Source of the DNA: Mobula hypostoma
Lineage: Eukaryota
Length of the DNA stretch: 64,000 bases
Direction: 5' to 3'
Assembly (NCBI RefSeq): GCF_963921235.1
Contig: NC_086108.1
Coordinates: 37,450,001-37,514,000, forward strand
Shown: one piece after another, positions 47,383 to 59,833 of the stretch
Layout of the letters: every line of letters begins with the position of its first letter
Numbering within the stretch: the first letter of the stretch is position 1
Program-made: the position numbers and the translations under genes
The notes under the pieces: model-generated
What the model saw: only the letters and a program-made list of their open reading frames with translations
The model's database searches: none
What the model was told of the DNA's origin: nothing

Positions 47383-48399
47383 CTAAAATCAACTAATCAG
47401 CTATAAACTATGGAGATCTGAAGAAGAGTGGCTGCCTTGTGTTTACTGATGTTGGAAATTCTCCAACACCACCCAGAAGCCATCTGGCATCCCAGCCAGG
47501 CACTGCATGCAGCAGAAGAGAAGGCAAGCCAAATTAATCAGAAAAGTGGAATAGCAGGTATAATCATCTGTCTATATCAGACATAAGTTAAAGCCTCAGC
47601 ATCCACAGTTCTTTTTCGCTCCCATGTTTCCAATAGATTTTGCCAGATCAGATCTCGTTTGCTGTACCATATCAAAATAAATAAAGATATAAGGTATTAA
47701 AATGAACTGAACAAAACATGTTCATAGACACGTTGCTATCTGGTAGTGGAAAAACCTAGAGTTGGGATGTAGCCAAGCCTTTTATAGTAAAGCTTGTCTA
47801 CCACAGCAGAATGTCACTATATCAGAAACTGGATGACTGATCATTGCTGACAGTTTGATGAAATCAGAAACCGAAAAAAAAGATCTGTTATAATAAATAC
47901 TCAGCTTGTGGCAAAATTGTTACATTTTCAACACAAATTCTAGGAAGGATTAAAATTTTCTGCACTGTTTGTTGTGTCCTTCAACTTTATATATTCATCC
48001 ATTGAAAATATTATTACATGTTCTGTCAACCTACTTACATTTTGTAATTGACTATCTCACATTTCTACCTTCGATTAAATGGTAGCTGACAGTGAAGAGC
48101 AACACCAGATAGGTTTGGGGTTGAAATTCTTCCCCTACAGTAATCAATAAATCTATTGAAATTTGACATTGATACAAATCAAAGCCAGATTTCTCACCTT
48201 ATCCTATCTTGGGCCAATTGCTTGAATATTGAATTTATTAATTCTTCACTTGAAGGATCTAGAGTGAAATTATCCATATGTCTCATGCAGTTGTTAACTG
48301 AAAAATAGCAATAAGCCTTAAATGACTATTTAACCAGATATTCTCTCTATTCTTTCCATGTTTGTTTCCCTGAACTTCCAAAATAATAGCTTCTATTTA

Positions 48400-48534
48400 G
48401 AGACAAGAGATCCTGCAGATGCTGGAATCCAGAGCAACACACACAAAATGCTGCAGCAACTCAGCATTTTTGGCAGCATCTGTGGAAATGAATAAAGATT
48501 CAACATCTCAGCCCGAGACCCTTCATTAAGACTC
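48400..48534 (-). mobile_element. Penelope pLTR tip ending at the hammerhead 5' edge
   Basis: acaagagatcctgcagatgctgg..gcagcatctgtggaaa..gcccgagacccttcattaagact. Confidence 0.85.
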
Positions 48535-49139
48535 ACAAGTTTCTATTTGTATCCTTATGAAATATTTTAAAGTTTTCAACTAAAATAGAGGATAAAAACT
48601 AAAACTGAGCTGAACAAATGAACTTTTCTGGCAAGGTTTAATTCTAGGCTAGATCCGAAAGTGGAAAATTATTTAAAAGAATTCCAGATTTTCGGCCTTG
48701 AATTGTCAAACATACAGCACTTGATATTAAGCAAAAGTAAGCGGGTAGGGAGGTGGATAATTCGAGGAGGATCTAGCAATTTTGAATGGTCCTGGGTCAT
48801 CTAAACAGTTGAGAAGTGCCAGAGGAGGGAAGATATTCATTTCAAGGAAACAGATTTTGTGGCAGAAATTAGAGAAGGCAAATTGATGGCATAGAAATAT
48901 TTTGATTTATTGTTAGCAATGGTGGGATGTTTGAGGAAAATTGCTTCTGTGGGCAAAGGAAAGAAGAAATAAAGCTCAACAGATAGCTTCCATCTTAGTA
49001 TCATGAATTCCTTGTATTTAGTGCATGTGATCATGGAAGAAAGTGAAGGTTGGATCTGAAATATTTTTAAATACGAAGCCAGTCTGTGCAACAAATTATG
49101 CTTTACCAATCTCTCTCAAATCTCTGTTAGGGCATAGTA

Positions 49140-51255
49140 GTATCTGAGAATGGTTCTAGGAGCAGTGTTTTGTACTGAGTGTGGGGTGTGGTATGTGGGA
49201 AGTTTGGGAGACCTCCAGTCTCCCGAGTAAACACATCACAGGTGCATTGAGTACAGCTTCTGAGAAAACATATTAAGGAATAGAATAGAATAGAATATTT
49301 TTATTGTCATTGTTGTGGAGCAATGAAACACATTTAGCAGCTCAACGTTTTGCAGCACGACAAAGAATATATACATAAAATAAACTCTAAAACCTCAGGA
49401 GTGCAGTCCAAAATTAATAATATATGGATGCTGGGGTAGGACTATTGCACACCTGCCATTCCTGGAAGTGTGATGCATTTAGCTGCCGCTGTCTTAGGAG
49501 GGGGGCAGAAGAAGGGAAGGGGGTGTTATATATTTCACTGCTTGTGGGTAGAAGCTGTTAAGGAGTCTCTTTGTTTTCGTTCTTAATGCTCTGTATCTCT
49601 TCCCAGAAGGTAGAGGGGAAAACAGGTGATGTCCAGGATGAGTGGGATCCTTTGAAATACAAGTAGCCTTCTTTTGAAGTCTGCCAGTATAAATGTCTCT
49701 GAGGGAGGGTAATGTTGTGCCAATAACCCGCTCTGCTACTCTCACCACCTGCTGCAAGTCCTTCCTGTTCTGTTCTGTGCAGCTGGCAAACCACACTGCA
49801 CAGCAATACGTCAGGAGGCTCTCTATAGTTGTCCGATAGAAGTTGATCAGCAGGTGATGAGGGAGGAGAGTGTGCTTTAGCTTCCTTAGGAAGAAGAGCC
49901 TCTGTTGGGCATTCCCCACCTGATAAGAGATATGGGCAGTCCAGGTGAGGTCAGCCAAGATGTGGACGCCGAGGAACTTGAAACTCTCTACTCTCTCCAC
50001 CTCTTTCCCGTATATGTACAGAGCAGAGTGCTCGACGCGCTTTGATTTCCTGAAGTTTACTATCAGCTCCTTGGTTTTTGTGATGTTCAAGTCCAGGTTA
50101 TTATGACAACACCATTTTGTCAAATGCTGTACCTCCTCCCTATAGGCTGTCTCATCACAGTCTGATATGATACCTATTAGGGTGGTATCGCCAGCAAATT
50201 TGACAATGGTGTTGGTGGAGTGAATGTAGAGCAGTCATGGGTGGAACGAGCTGCAGCTCGATGAACTTTGACTCCTGCGGGAGAATGAGGAGGTGATAGG
50301 TAGGAGCTACAGAGAGGTAGTCAGCCGGAAGTTGCAGGAGACAGGTAACTGCGTCAGGAGAAGGAAGGGAAATGCACAGTCAGTGCAGAGTACATTTGGA
50401 GCCATTCCTCTCAGCAATAAATATACAATTTTAGATAACATTGAGGGGGAAAACTGACCGGGGAAGCCACAGTGACTGGGGCTCTGAGTCTGGTGCTGTG
50501 GCTTAGAAGAGCAAAGAGGTGAAGAGAACTGCAGGGTTGATAGGAGATTCCATAGTCAGGAAAACAGAGACAAGATTCCATGGGCGTGATAGGGACACCT
50601 GGATGGTATGTTGCCTCCCTGGTGCCAAGGTCAGGAACGTCTCAGATTGGGTCCATGGCATTCTCAAGGGTAAGGGTGAGCAGCCAGAAGTCCTGGTGCA
50701 CATTAGCACCAGTAACATACACTGGTGAAGCTTCACTTGCAGTGTGAGCAGTTTTGGGCCCCTTATCTTAGGAAGGATGAGCTGAAACTGGAGAGGATTC
50801 AAAGGGGTTCACAAAAGTGATCCCAGGAATGACCGGCTTGTCATATGAAGTGTGTTTGATGGCTCTGGGCCTGTATTCACTATATTTCAGAGCAATGAGG
50901 GATGACATCATTGAAACCTATCAAATGTTGAAAGATCTTGATAGAGTGGATGTGGAGACGAAGTTTTATATGGAGGGAACATCTAGGATGAGAGGACACA
51001 GCTTCAGCATAGAGATGAGGAGGAATTTCTTTAGACAAAGAGTGGTGAATCTGTAGAATTAATTGCCTTATGCAACTGTGGGGGCCAAGTCTTTATGAAT
51101 ACTTAAGACAAAAGTTGATAGATTCTTGATTGCTCAAGGCATGAAGGGATACAGGGAGAAGGCAGGAGCCTGAGGCTGAGAGGAAAAATTAATCGGTCAT
51201 GATGAAATGGTGGAGCAAACTCAATGGGCCAAATGGCCTAATTCTGCTCCTATAC
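49140..51255 (+). mobile_element. CR1 with ORF1 joined directly to the ORF2 3' end, interrupted by a Rex copy
   Basis: Zinc-finger start at about 49150, coiled coil resumes at 50243, LIGDSIVR esterase at 50519..50728, and a jump at about 50719 to LV..HL...EQFW and the 3' UTR. Confidence 0.85.
49281..50242 (-). mobile_element. Young Rex1/Babar-type LINE 3' part
   Basis: Open 209-aa ORF 49494..50123 (WC..NNL.LN..KTKELIV.FRK..FKFLGVHI..RLFFLRKL..HPGH.LF..LPSGKRY..NSFYPQA), (ttcta)n tail and GGAA TSD. Confidence 0.92.
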
Positions 51256-51257
51256 AA

Positions 51258-51680
51258 CTTCCACCATTTGGACAAACAGTCACAGCAGGCATAGAGGGGT
51301 ACCTGCACCTTTAAGCTATACATTAATCCAAATGTAGAACTACACCTTCATCTTTGCTTGATAAATTTCCTGGAACTGTTTCTCTGCGATATCTTCGTCA
51401 TTGTTCAAGAAGATTCTTTTGGCTCCCTTTCTTTTCACCTGCCCCAGCTGGTTCCACCTGTCATTTACCAAACTCTATCCCCAAATGCTCCCTACCTGGT
51501 TTCATTTGCCTATATTTTTCCCTTATCTGATTCTACTTATCAGGCTGTGTCTCAGCCCCTCTTCTCACTTCTACATACTGGCTATCTTCTCTCTACATCC
51601 TCAGACATTTCCTTGTCTCCACTGATACTGCTTGACTGGCTGAGTTTTTCCACGAGTTTGTGCTTTTCTCCAGATTCCTA
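51258..51680 (+). mobile_element. Old Penelope 3' fragment
   Basis: aatgtagaactacaccttcatctttgc (EEQHLIF-like), pyrimidine tract and gatactgcttgactggctgagtttttcc..ccagattcc. Confidence 0.6.
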
Positions 51681-52284
51681 ACCATCACATCTCAAGGGCT
51701 AACCATGGAACAGCAATGACTATCAGTTACATGAGTAGAATGAGGTAAATCAAAACTTATGAATCATCGGATGAAATCAATACCTCTGAAAATTGCAATT
51801 GAAAATAGTTCCTTCTGTAAACATCCTATTGCTTTCTATATTCTCATTAATAATAACAACACTCGCATCTCGTGGATGAAAAATAGAATATTCTTTAAGC
51901 TGGAAAGGCCACAGTCCAACTCTGCTCAATGAAATGAAACTGGATCTGGTGAAAAACACTTAAGTATTTGCTGATAGCTCTATCTCTGTCTATTATCTTA
52001 TGTAAGTAGTAACACAACAAAACCCACAATTACTCTGTTCGGAGTCAAGATGCAGGCAGAAGGCATTGTTTGGAATTAATTTGTGGGGCCAGCTATACAG
52101 ATCACAGATACTAAAGGTTGGTGTGCATAAACTTTGCTGCTGGTCAGTGTGAAACAGGCATTGCCTCATTGGCAGCAAAATACTATGTCAACTAATTATG
52201 GAAGCACCTTCTGAGAAATTCACCTATGCAGTAAAGTAATAAATGGGTTAAAGAATTGGACAAGGATAAGAGCAAAGCATCTGA

Positions 52285-52380
52285 GACTAGTGAAGGCCTT
52301 GGCCTGAGATGCTGACTATTTATTTCCTTCCATAGATGCTGCCTGACTTGTTGAGTTCCTCCAGTATTTTCCGTGTACTT
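52285..52380 (+). mobile_element. Penelope pLTR tip starting at a degenerate hammerhead
   Basis: ctagtgaaggccttggcctgagatgctgact..ccatagatgctgcctgacttgttgagttcctccag. Confidence 0.75.
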
Positions 52381-53789
52381 GTCATGTTGTTTTTTTTAAA
52401 TCTATATAAATCCATTATCGATCAAAACAATGTTCAACCCTTTGAATATTTAATGAGCATTCTTGAACATGAATCTATTTTTAGATTTTTTCATTATAAT
52501 TAAAATTGCTGTAGTCACTAGTTTTCTTTAAGCCTAACTATTTACCCTAAATGTTTCTATATGCCTAATTATATTGAATTCAATCTGTCAACATGTTTCT
52601 TGGGCTGGGAAATTGAAAATGACAGCAAATGGGATCCAATTAACTGATTGCAATTGTAATGATAGATATGTAGGCAGAGCTGAAATTACGGTGCCTTGTT
52701 ATTACATATGCCTGAGCAAAATCCCATAATAATTCACTTAAATAGAAGTATCTTATTGGTGACTGGTTATAAAAGAATTTAAAGAGAGTCATATATTGCT
52801 TCTAGTTTATGAAACCCTGCCAATGAAATGTTTGCTACTGTACTCATAATGAAGTTTAAAGATAGAGTGCAAGATTACACTTCATACCTACAGTTAATGT
52901 TCCCATACTCTCACCCATACTTCATCAGTATGACGTACTCACTCATATTGTCGGGCTGATCAGTGGCATGGATATAACTGAAATAACTAACTCATACCAT
53001 TTCACAATAACAAATAATACATTAAGATCTCAGAAAATTATGAATGTATCCTCTATGTTCTAAACTCAAATGAGTAAGCTAAAGCATTCCTAGCAAGCAA
53101 ATATCCTGAAAGAATTTTGTATAGGTTGTAATGATAAATTCACAACATTATAATTATTCCCAAACCCATATTTGGGAAAATAAGTTATAACATAATTGAA
53201 GAGATCAATGGTTTCTTATGCTTCCTGTGTAATTTATATTTTGCTTAATATTGTGATGGATTAGAATAATTTATCTGCACTAATAAATCCAATTAGTCGG
53301 AAGGCATTCAAACTTTTAAAGTGGAAGGTTAGATTACAATGCTATTATTCAACCTCTGTGGATCACCAAATTATTAAAACTGAATAAAAGTTATATCTGG
53401 TTAGCCTTTTCATTTCAATTACCATATACATTTATTAGAAAGCAAAATTAATTCTCAGTTCATTTTGTATAGAAGCTCATTGCTCTAACTAGCTTCAATA
53501 GCTTAACAAGGCACAATGGCAGCCAATATTGCCACAATATGCTGCAGATTATATTGTGGTTAGAAACCACAGTGGTTTTCCCAAGATATTGAATCAGTTG
53601 TAAAAAGGAGATTCAGCAATTAGACAGGACACAATACATTTGTGCACAACATCAATCACACTAAATCTCCTGAGTAAAATGCTCACTGAACATGCCACAA
53701 TTAGTGATGTGCACACTGTCAATTAAGGATAGAAAAGTAAAAAGGAGAAGAGGGATCATGTGTTAAAAATAAAGCCTCATTATAATTTT

Positions 53790-54460
53790 GCACACTGATG
53801 AATTTGGGAACACTGATACATAATTCCTTGAAAGTTGATTTACAGGATACTGGATAGGGTCATAAAGAGAGCTTTTGGCATATTGATTTATGAAGGCCAA
53901 AGTATTAAGTAAAGGAGTTGAGATGTCATGTATAAGACATTGGTGAGGCCAAATTTGGAGTATTGAGAGCAATTCTGTAGTGTTCCACTAACAAGAAAGT
54001 TATCAATTACAGAAAATTTACAAGGCTATTACTGGGACTTGAGGATCTGACTTATAGGGAAAGGTTGAATAGGCTAGGACATTATTCCTTGGAATGGAAA
54101 AGAATGAAGGGGAATTTGATAGAGGTATACAAAAGTATGAGAAATATAGGTAGGCTAAATACAAGCATGGGACTGGGTGAGATGAAGACTAGAGGTCATA
54201 GGCTTAGGGTGAAACATGAAATATTTAAGGATATCCTGAATATACAAGTCGTGCGAGAGTGGAATGAACTGCCAGTGGAAGTAGTGGACATGGGTTCCAC
54301 TGCAACACGTATAAGAAATTTAGATAAGTACATGGATGGGAGGGGTATGGAGATCTACAATCCAGATGCAGGTCCATGGGACTAGGCAGAATAATGGTTT
54401 GTTGGTAGCAAGATGGGACAAAGGGACTGTTTCTGTGCTGTCATGCTCTATGGCTCTATC
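53790..54460 (+). mobile_element. CR1 3' fragment, decayed
   Basis: YKTLVRPNLEY remnant and ORF 54065..54385 LGHYSLEWKRMKGNLIEVYK..TRGH..WNELP. Confidence 0.85.
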
Positions 54461-54464
54461 TGAG

Positions 54465-55260
54465 AACTCCAAACAGAAAATACTTGAAGGACTCTCAGGT
54501 CAGGCAGCTGAAAGGAGGGAAACAGTGGTTGACATTTCAGGTCCAGGACTCTTGATTATAACCGGAAAAGCAAGAAAACCAATGTGTTTAATGAACTTGG
54601 GTTTTGGCGAGGGAATGTCTGTCATAGGGTACAAATCAAAGTTGTTAAGGCAACAATTACTTTAAAAACCTGTACTTGGAAACAGTAAATTAAAAAATAA
54701 GCACATTAAAACAAAGAGATAGAACCAGATATAGGGAGAGAAAATAAATGAAAAATAAAACAAAATTAATACCTGAAATTGTTAAATTTAGTTTTAAGTA
54801 TGTAAGTTTTCAATGCGTCCAAATGGAAGACAAGATGTGTATCCTCAAGTTTATCAAGGCATGTAATAGGCTCAAGACAAAGGCCACAACTAGAGTGGAT
54901 GAAGAACGAAAGTGACAAAATCAACTGTGGAGATTGAATGTAAGTGTTCTACGCAGACTGTCAATGAATCTGTGTTGGTTTTCTCCAGTTTAGAGGAGAA
55001 CTGGAGAAGCACATTCTGAGCACCAAACGTAGTCCATTAAATTGGAAGGGGTGTGAGAATTACCCATTACCTTAAAGGATTGTTCTGACACTGGTTAGTG
55101 AGAAAAGAAGTGTTAAAAGTGCAGTTGTCACATCCCATGTTTGCGTGGTAAAACACTGTAAGATGGGATGTGATCGGTGGAGGTGGAAGAGTGAACTACA
55201 GACTCAGAGTGAATAGGTACTTCAGAATACTGAAAGCAAAAGGGAAAATGCATTTGGTGT
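54465..55260 (-). mobile_element. Heavily decayed Penelope 3' fragment
   Basis: pLTR tip remnant at 54470-54560 and GIY-YIG remnants at 54820-55130, colinear with 16130-16500. Confidence 0.6.
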
Positions 55261-55358
55261 TCAAATACAACTATTGTAATTTTGTTTTTTTTTCTCACTA
55301 ACCAGTGTCAGAACAATCCTTTAAGGTAATGGGTAATTCTCACACCCCTTCCAATTTA
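55038..55358. repeat. Perfect 69-bp inverted repeat (arms 55038-55106 and 55290-55358, 183-bp spacer)
   Basis: Base-by-base comparison: the right arm is the exact reverse complement of the left arm. Confidence 0.95.
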
Positions 55359-55557
55359 TTGTATTTTTGTAATTTCAATAGAAATTATTTTCTACAATCC
55401 AGACACCATTTACTAAAAGGACATAAGATTACAAACAAAATTATCAAGTCAGAAGCAAGTCACACAATATTCATCTATCTGATGGTCACTAGGCTTAAGG
55501 GATTATGTACTTAGAATACAAGTCAAGTAAAGCAATCCTTGGTATCAGCACACTTGA

Positions 55558-56030
55558 TACAAAGTATATTTATTATCAAAGTATGCGTGCAGTATACAAC
55601 CCTGAGATTTGTCTTCCTACAGACAGCCACGAAACAAAGAAAGAAAACCATCGAAACCCGTTCAAAGAAAAACATCAAACCCCCAAAGTGCAAAAAAAAG
55701 AACAAAGCGCATAAGCAACAACAAATCCACAGAACATAAAATACCAAACTTCAAATCATCAAAAGAGTCCAGGCATATTCATTTCAACTCAGTTCAGTTC
55801 AATATTGTGCTGTGTCATTCATTAACTTCAAGCCGCAGAGCCTGTCCAGCCCGATTAAATATCACACAAAAATAGCAGCAAAAAAGGAGTGATCAGAAAC
55901 CAGAATCACATCACAACGTGAGCTATAGAGCCCAATCCACAAGCCACATCAATTGAACCTTGCCCGAGACACAGGACTCCAGCAGCGTCAAGCAAAAGGG
56001 AGAGAGAGAGGCAAATTGAATGCAGGGACT
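55558..56030 (-). mobile_element. Non-autonomous retroelement with Rex-like 3' tail
   Basis: Minus strand aatctcagggttgtatactgcacgcatactttgataataaat matches the Rex tail at 30600-30650. Confidence 0.75.
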
Positions 56031-56599
56031 GCATAATTTCCTGAGTAATGAAGCACTTGAACAGAGATACAATAGGTAATAAAAAAACTGAGTCTGTTGC
56101 TAATCTGAACTTTTATTCTTGCAAAAGTTCTTAAATTATAACTATGATATATTTCTATAAATTTGATTAGATTGGGAAATATTGGATAAAGTTCAGACTT
56201 TTTGTGGAGTTGGCTTTATAGCAATGGTAGCAAACCTTTGGATGCATTAGTAGTTTAATTAGTTTAGCATGTTTGTGCCTTTATTAATTCTTAGTAATGA
56301 TTCCTCAGAGTTGATTTACTCTTCTTCCTATATTATGCTGGGTCATTAAAATGCCATAATCACAACTCAGTCATTACTCTCATATTGCTTGGCATTATCA
56401 ACCAAAGATAAACTTCTCCTTGGCAGTTGTTCATTCCCTTGATTGTCAAATAAGAGTTATGTCTTTATTATTAACCATTCCAAGTGACACATGTAGTTCT
56501 CCAATTCAGGTATTATTCATCTTAAACAGATGTGTCAAGCAATTGAAATCACCTGTTGAAATGGCACAAATGCATGCATAGCCAAATACGAATTAACCC

Positions 56600-56880
56600 G
56601 AAAGATCATGGCCACTATAAACTGCAGTGCACTTTGCCTTCAGATGCCTAAGGGTCATGGCTGATCTTATTGTAATCAAATCTACATTCCCATTTATCCT
56701 TGCTAACCTTTCACCCCTTTGCTTATCAAATTCTAATAACCACTACTTTAAAAATATTCTAAAATCACTTCCTCTAACCTAGAGGAGGAAAGTTGCAAAA
56801 ACTCATGGATGTTTAGGGGGATAAGTTTGCCTCTTCTCCATCTTAAATGTGACCTTTCTTTGGAATTTGTAGATTTACAG
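56600..56880 (-). mobile_element. Old CR1 3' end
   Basis: catggctgatct..acctttcacccctttgcttatcaa..tcttaaat; similar to other minus-strand CR1 ends. Confidence 0.5.
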
Positions 56881-58259
56881 TAGTTCAGCATGGGAAAAGA
56901 CCACTTTGTTCCACTCAAGCAGGCCAGAGCATCCTCGATCACTGGAACCGTATGCTGATCAGGGACTGTATGTCGGTTCAGTGTGCAATAGTCAACACAC
57001 ATTTGTACCTTCCCATTCTTCTTCCTCGCCACCACTATGGGTGATATATAGGGATTCCTTGACTCAGTGATAATTCTAGCTTCCTTCAGTTTCAGCAGAT
57101 GCTGCCAAACATCTTCCACCTCTTCTGGTGCTAACCATCAAGACCTTTCTCTAAAGGGTGTCCTCTGTCACTTGGATAGTCTGGCGAGTACTCTTGGACC
57201 AACCCACATCAAACTCATCTGTAGAAAAGACATCTTTGAAATTCAACATCTTCTCCATTAATCTCCTTTTCCATTCCTCGGGGAAGTTGAATGACCTTGC
57301 TGTTAAATTTTGCAATCCAAGAGACTGTCTCTCTCCCAGTTTTCTCACCATAAAACTAGACATTACAGTCACCAGGAAAAGATGTGCCATCAGCATCCCA
57401 CGTGTGAGGATGACCTCTCTCTCCCTGAGTTCCTGACAATCACTGTCATCCTGTTTGTGTGTACTGCCAAAAGTTTCTGCAGTTCAGCAGGTAAACGTGA
57501 CTCTTTTTCATGATCCTCCAGAGCATCCACCAGCAAGACCTCGGTATCAGGCATTCCGGGGAATTTTGGGTTTCCCGTCACTCTAGCTACTTCCCCAGAA
57601 AGTAACACGATGGGTTTGGACTGAGTGTATCACATAGTTTCTCGTTTATACTCAAAATTCTGCTTAGGAGGAACTTGTATCTTCTCAAAAATAGCTCTGA
57701 ATACCAGGTGAATGGACAAGGTTTTCAAAAAATTCTCACGACTTCTCTTCTTGCATGCTCTCATAAGCCTTCTCACAAAGGGAGTATTTGTTCCCACAAT
57801 AATGGAAATTTCACCTTTTTTCAACCAGATCCAGACAGACCAACAGTAATGTATCAAGGATCTCAGCTACCCCAACATCTGCTTCTGAAAACTCCAGCTT
57901 TAATGACAAGTAACTATCATAAGGGTAGTCATCAGTACTAAGGCCCCAAATTTCTAGGCCACTGAGTAGCGCCAATGGTAAATATGTCAATCCTTTTACT
58001 GGTTGTAAAAGGATCTGCAGAGTAGAGTAATCAGAGAACATGTGTCAAGTACGGCTCTGGCATAAATACACTCAATCCGTATGGATACACCCAAGCCTTC
58101 AAGAATCGCATCTTGCACTTTAGTGTTTCCTTTGCTATATTGATTGGAATGTGTTCTCTCCGAGGCGCCAGGCCATTAGCTTACTGGGCCTCACCAAAGT
58201 TTCCTGATTTCCTTCTTTGCTTAAGCAACCATTGGGTTACTCTCCAAAGGTTGTCCTGT

Positions 58260-59545
58260 CCTTCACACTCCCACTTGAAATGTCCATCGTCACCACAGTT
58301 GTAACAAAATACTGGTCATTTCCCTCATCAAGAGACCCCTGTCAGCAGCATTCCTCTGTTAGTCCATCCTGCCGGTGAGTCTGGTTTCTTATCGGACTTG
58401 TCACGCTTGGTGGCACCACTAGCTGACATCAACTGAGATACCTCGGCTTGCAGGTTGTTCACTACATCCTGCAAAACCCCCACCTGTGTGGCATCTGAGG
58501 TCGCTTCAGCAACAGAGACTACTACTGAGGACTTTGTCCTGCTGATGGAGGCTTCCCGCTCCTCCATCATATTTCCTCCTCTCTTACTTCTCTGACCAGC
58601 TCAACAAACAAGGGAGGGAGATGCATCTTGAGAGTCATTCAAATACTTAAAGCAATCACATTGTGTGACAGCTCGCCCTTCACAACTTGCTCCATCCTTA
58701 ATCGATTTATCTCAGCCAGTTGAATGGTCCCTTTACAGCACAAGCAATGCAGCTGCCTCTCTAGCCTAAAAATGTAGGGAAAAACTTGGAAAGTGTACCT
58801 AAACCTCATCATTAGCTCCTCTGGGCTGTCTGTCATACCAAAAATATTTTCTAATGTTTGCATGTAGTCCACAGTCATGACCAATCGTTTTTTTGTCTTT
58901 AGAGACCTCACCACCTCAGCAGCCGGACCTTTTAGACTCTCTACCAGTCTCTGTCTTTTCATATTATCTGAGCACTGCTACTCATCCAATAACTGAGATG
59001 TCTGCTCCACCCACGTCATCTTCATCCACCCCATCGGGGGTTAGCTTCAGCCCAGAGAACATTCTCAACCTACGATAACTTTGGTTCTCCGCAGATACAC
59101 TTTGGGATTTATCAACCAGTGATGTAACTGCCGATGCCAGCTCAGAGTTTCCATCAACCGCTGAAGGACCCAAGGGACCTTTCACATCAGACAACTCCTT
59201 TCCCTCATTTTGCAGAAATGAGAACAACTTTAAAGTCTTCACCCTCAGCTACATATAATTCATCTTTAACACCTTCACCCTCAGCTGCATGACTCTCTTC
59301 TCTAAACGTATGGGATGCCCATAGCACCACCTCTCCAGCGGCCCCTATCCTATCAGGCAGCATAACCTAAGTTTCATCACTGCTAGTCCGGACTAACACA
59401 ACATCTTTTCCAGCCAATTGATCAAACCACCATTCAAGCAGCGTAACTTTTACAGAACTCAGCACTTTAATTAACAGTTCATCAGGGCTTTGGATATCCA
59501 CCCCGTGGATAATCTCCTCGGATCACACCAAACCTTAATCCTTGG
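58260..59545 (-). pseudogene. PNMA-like Gag (capsid plus CCHC knuckle), frameshifted
   Basis: YRRLRMFSG..P.G, KRQRLVESLKGPA.EVVRSL, Y...L...FG..DS..EL..RF and CX2CX4HX4C. Confidence 0.8.
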
Positions 59546-59833
59546 GCATCTATAATAAAGTACCTTAATCATTTTCCCCACCACTATTTTAAACGCAGGC
59601 TTAAACACACAAACCACTTAATCCATTCTGAAGCAGCATTCACTGAAACCCGGATGGGCACCCCACCAATGTAACCCTCTCACCGGGCTCATATCCAAAC
59701 TTGGCTTGATCGCTGACTTTGCTAACAGCCACATGAGTCAGTGGTGAGAAGGCCGCCTTTATAACAATATATGTCTAGGGTCAGTATGATTTGGTGTTCA
59801 ACTAAACAGGAAAGTTGGGATGTTCCGATTAAT

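Noticed and set aside
58639..58962. Domesticated PNMA-type host gene
   Set aside because: Frameshifted, and embedded in LTR-PBS-gag-pro-RT context.
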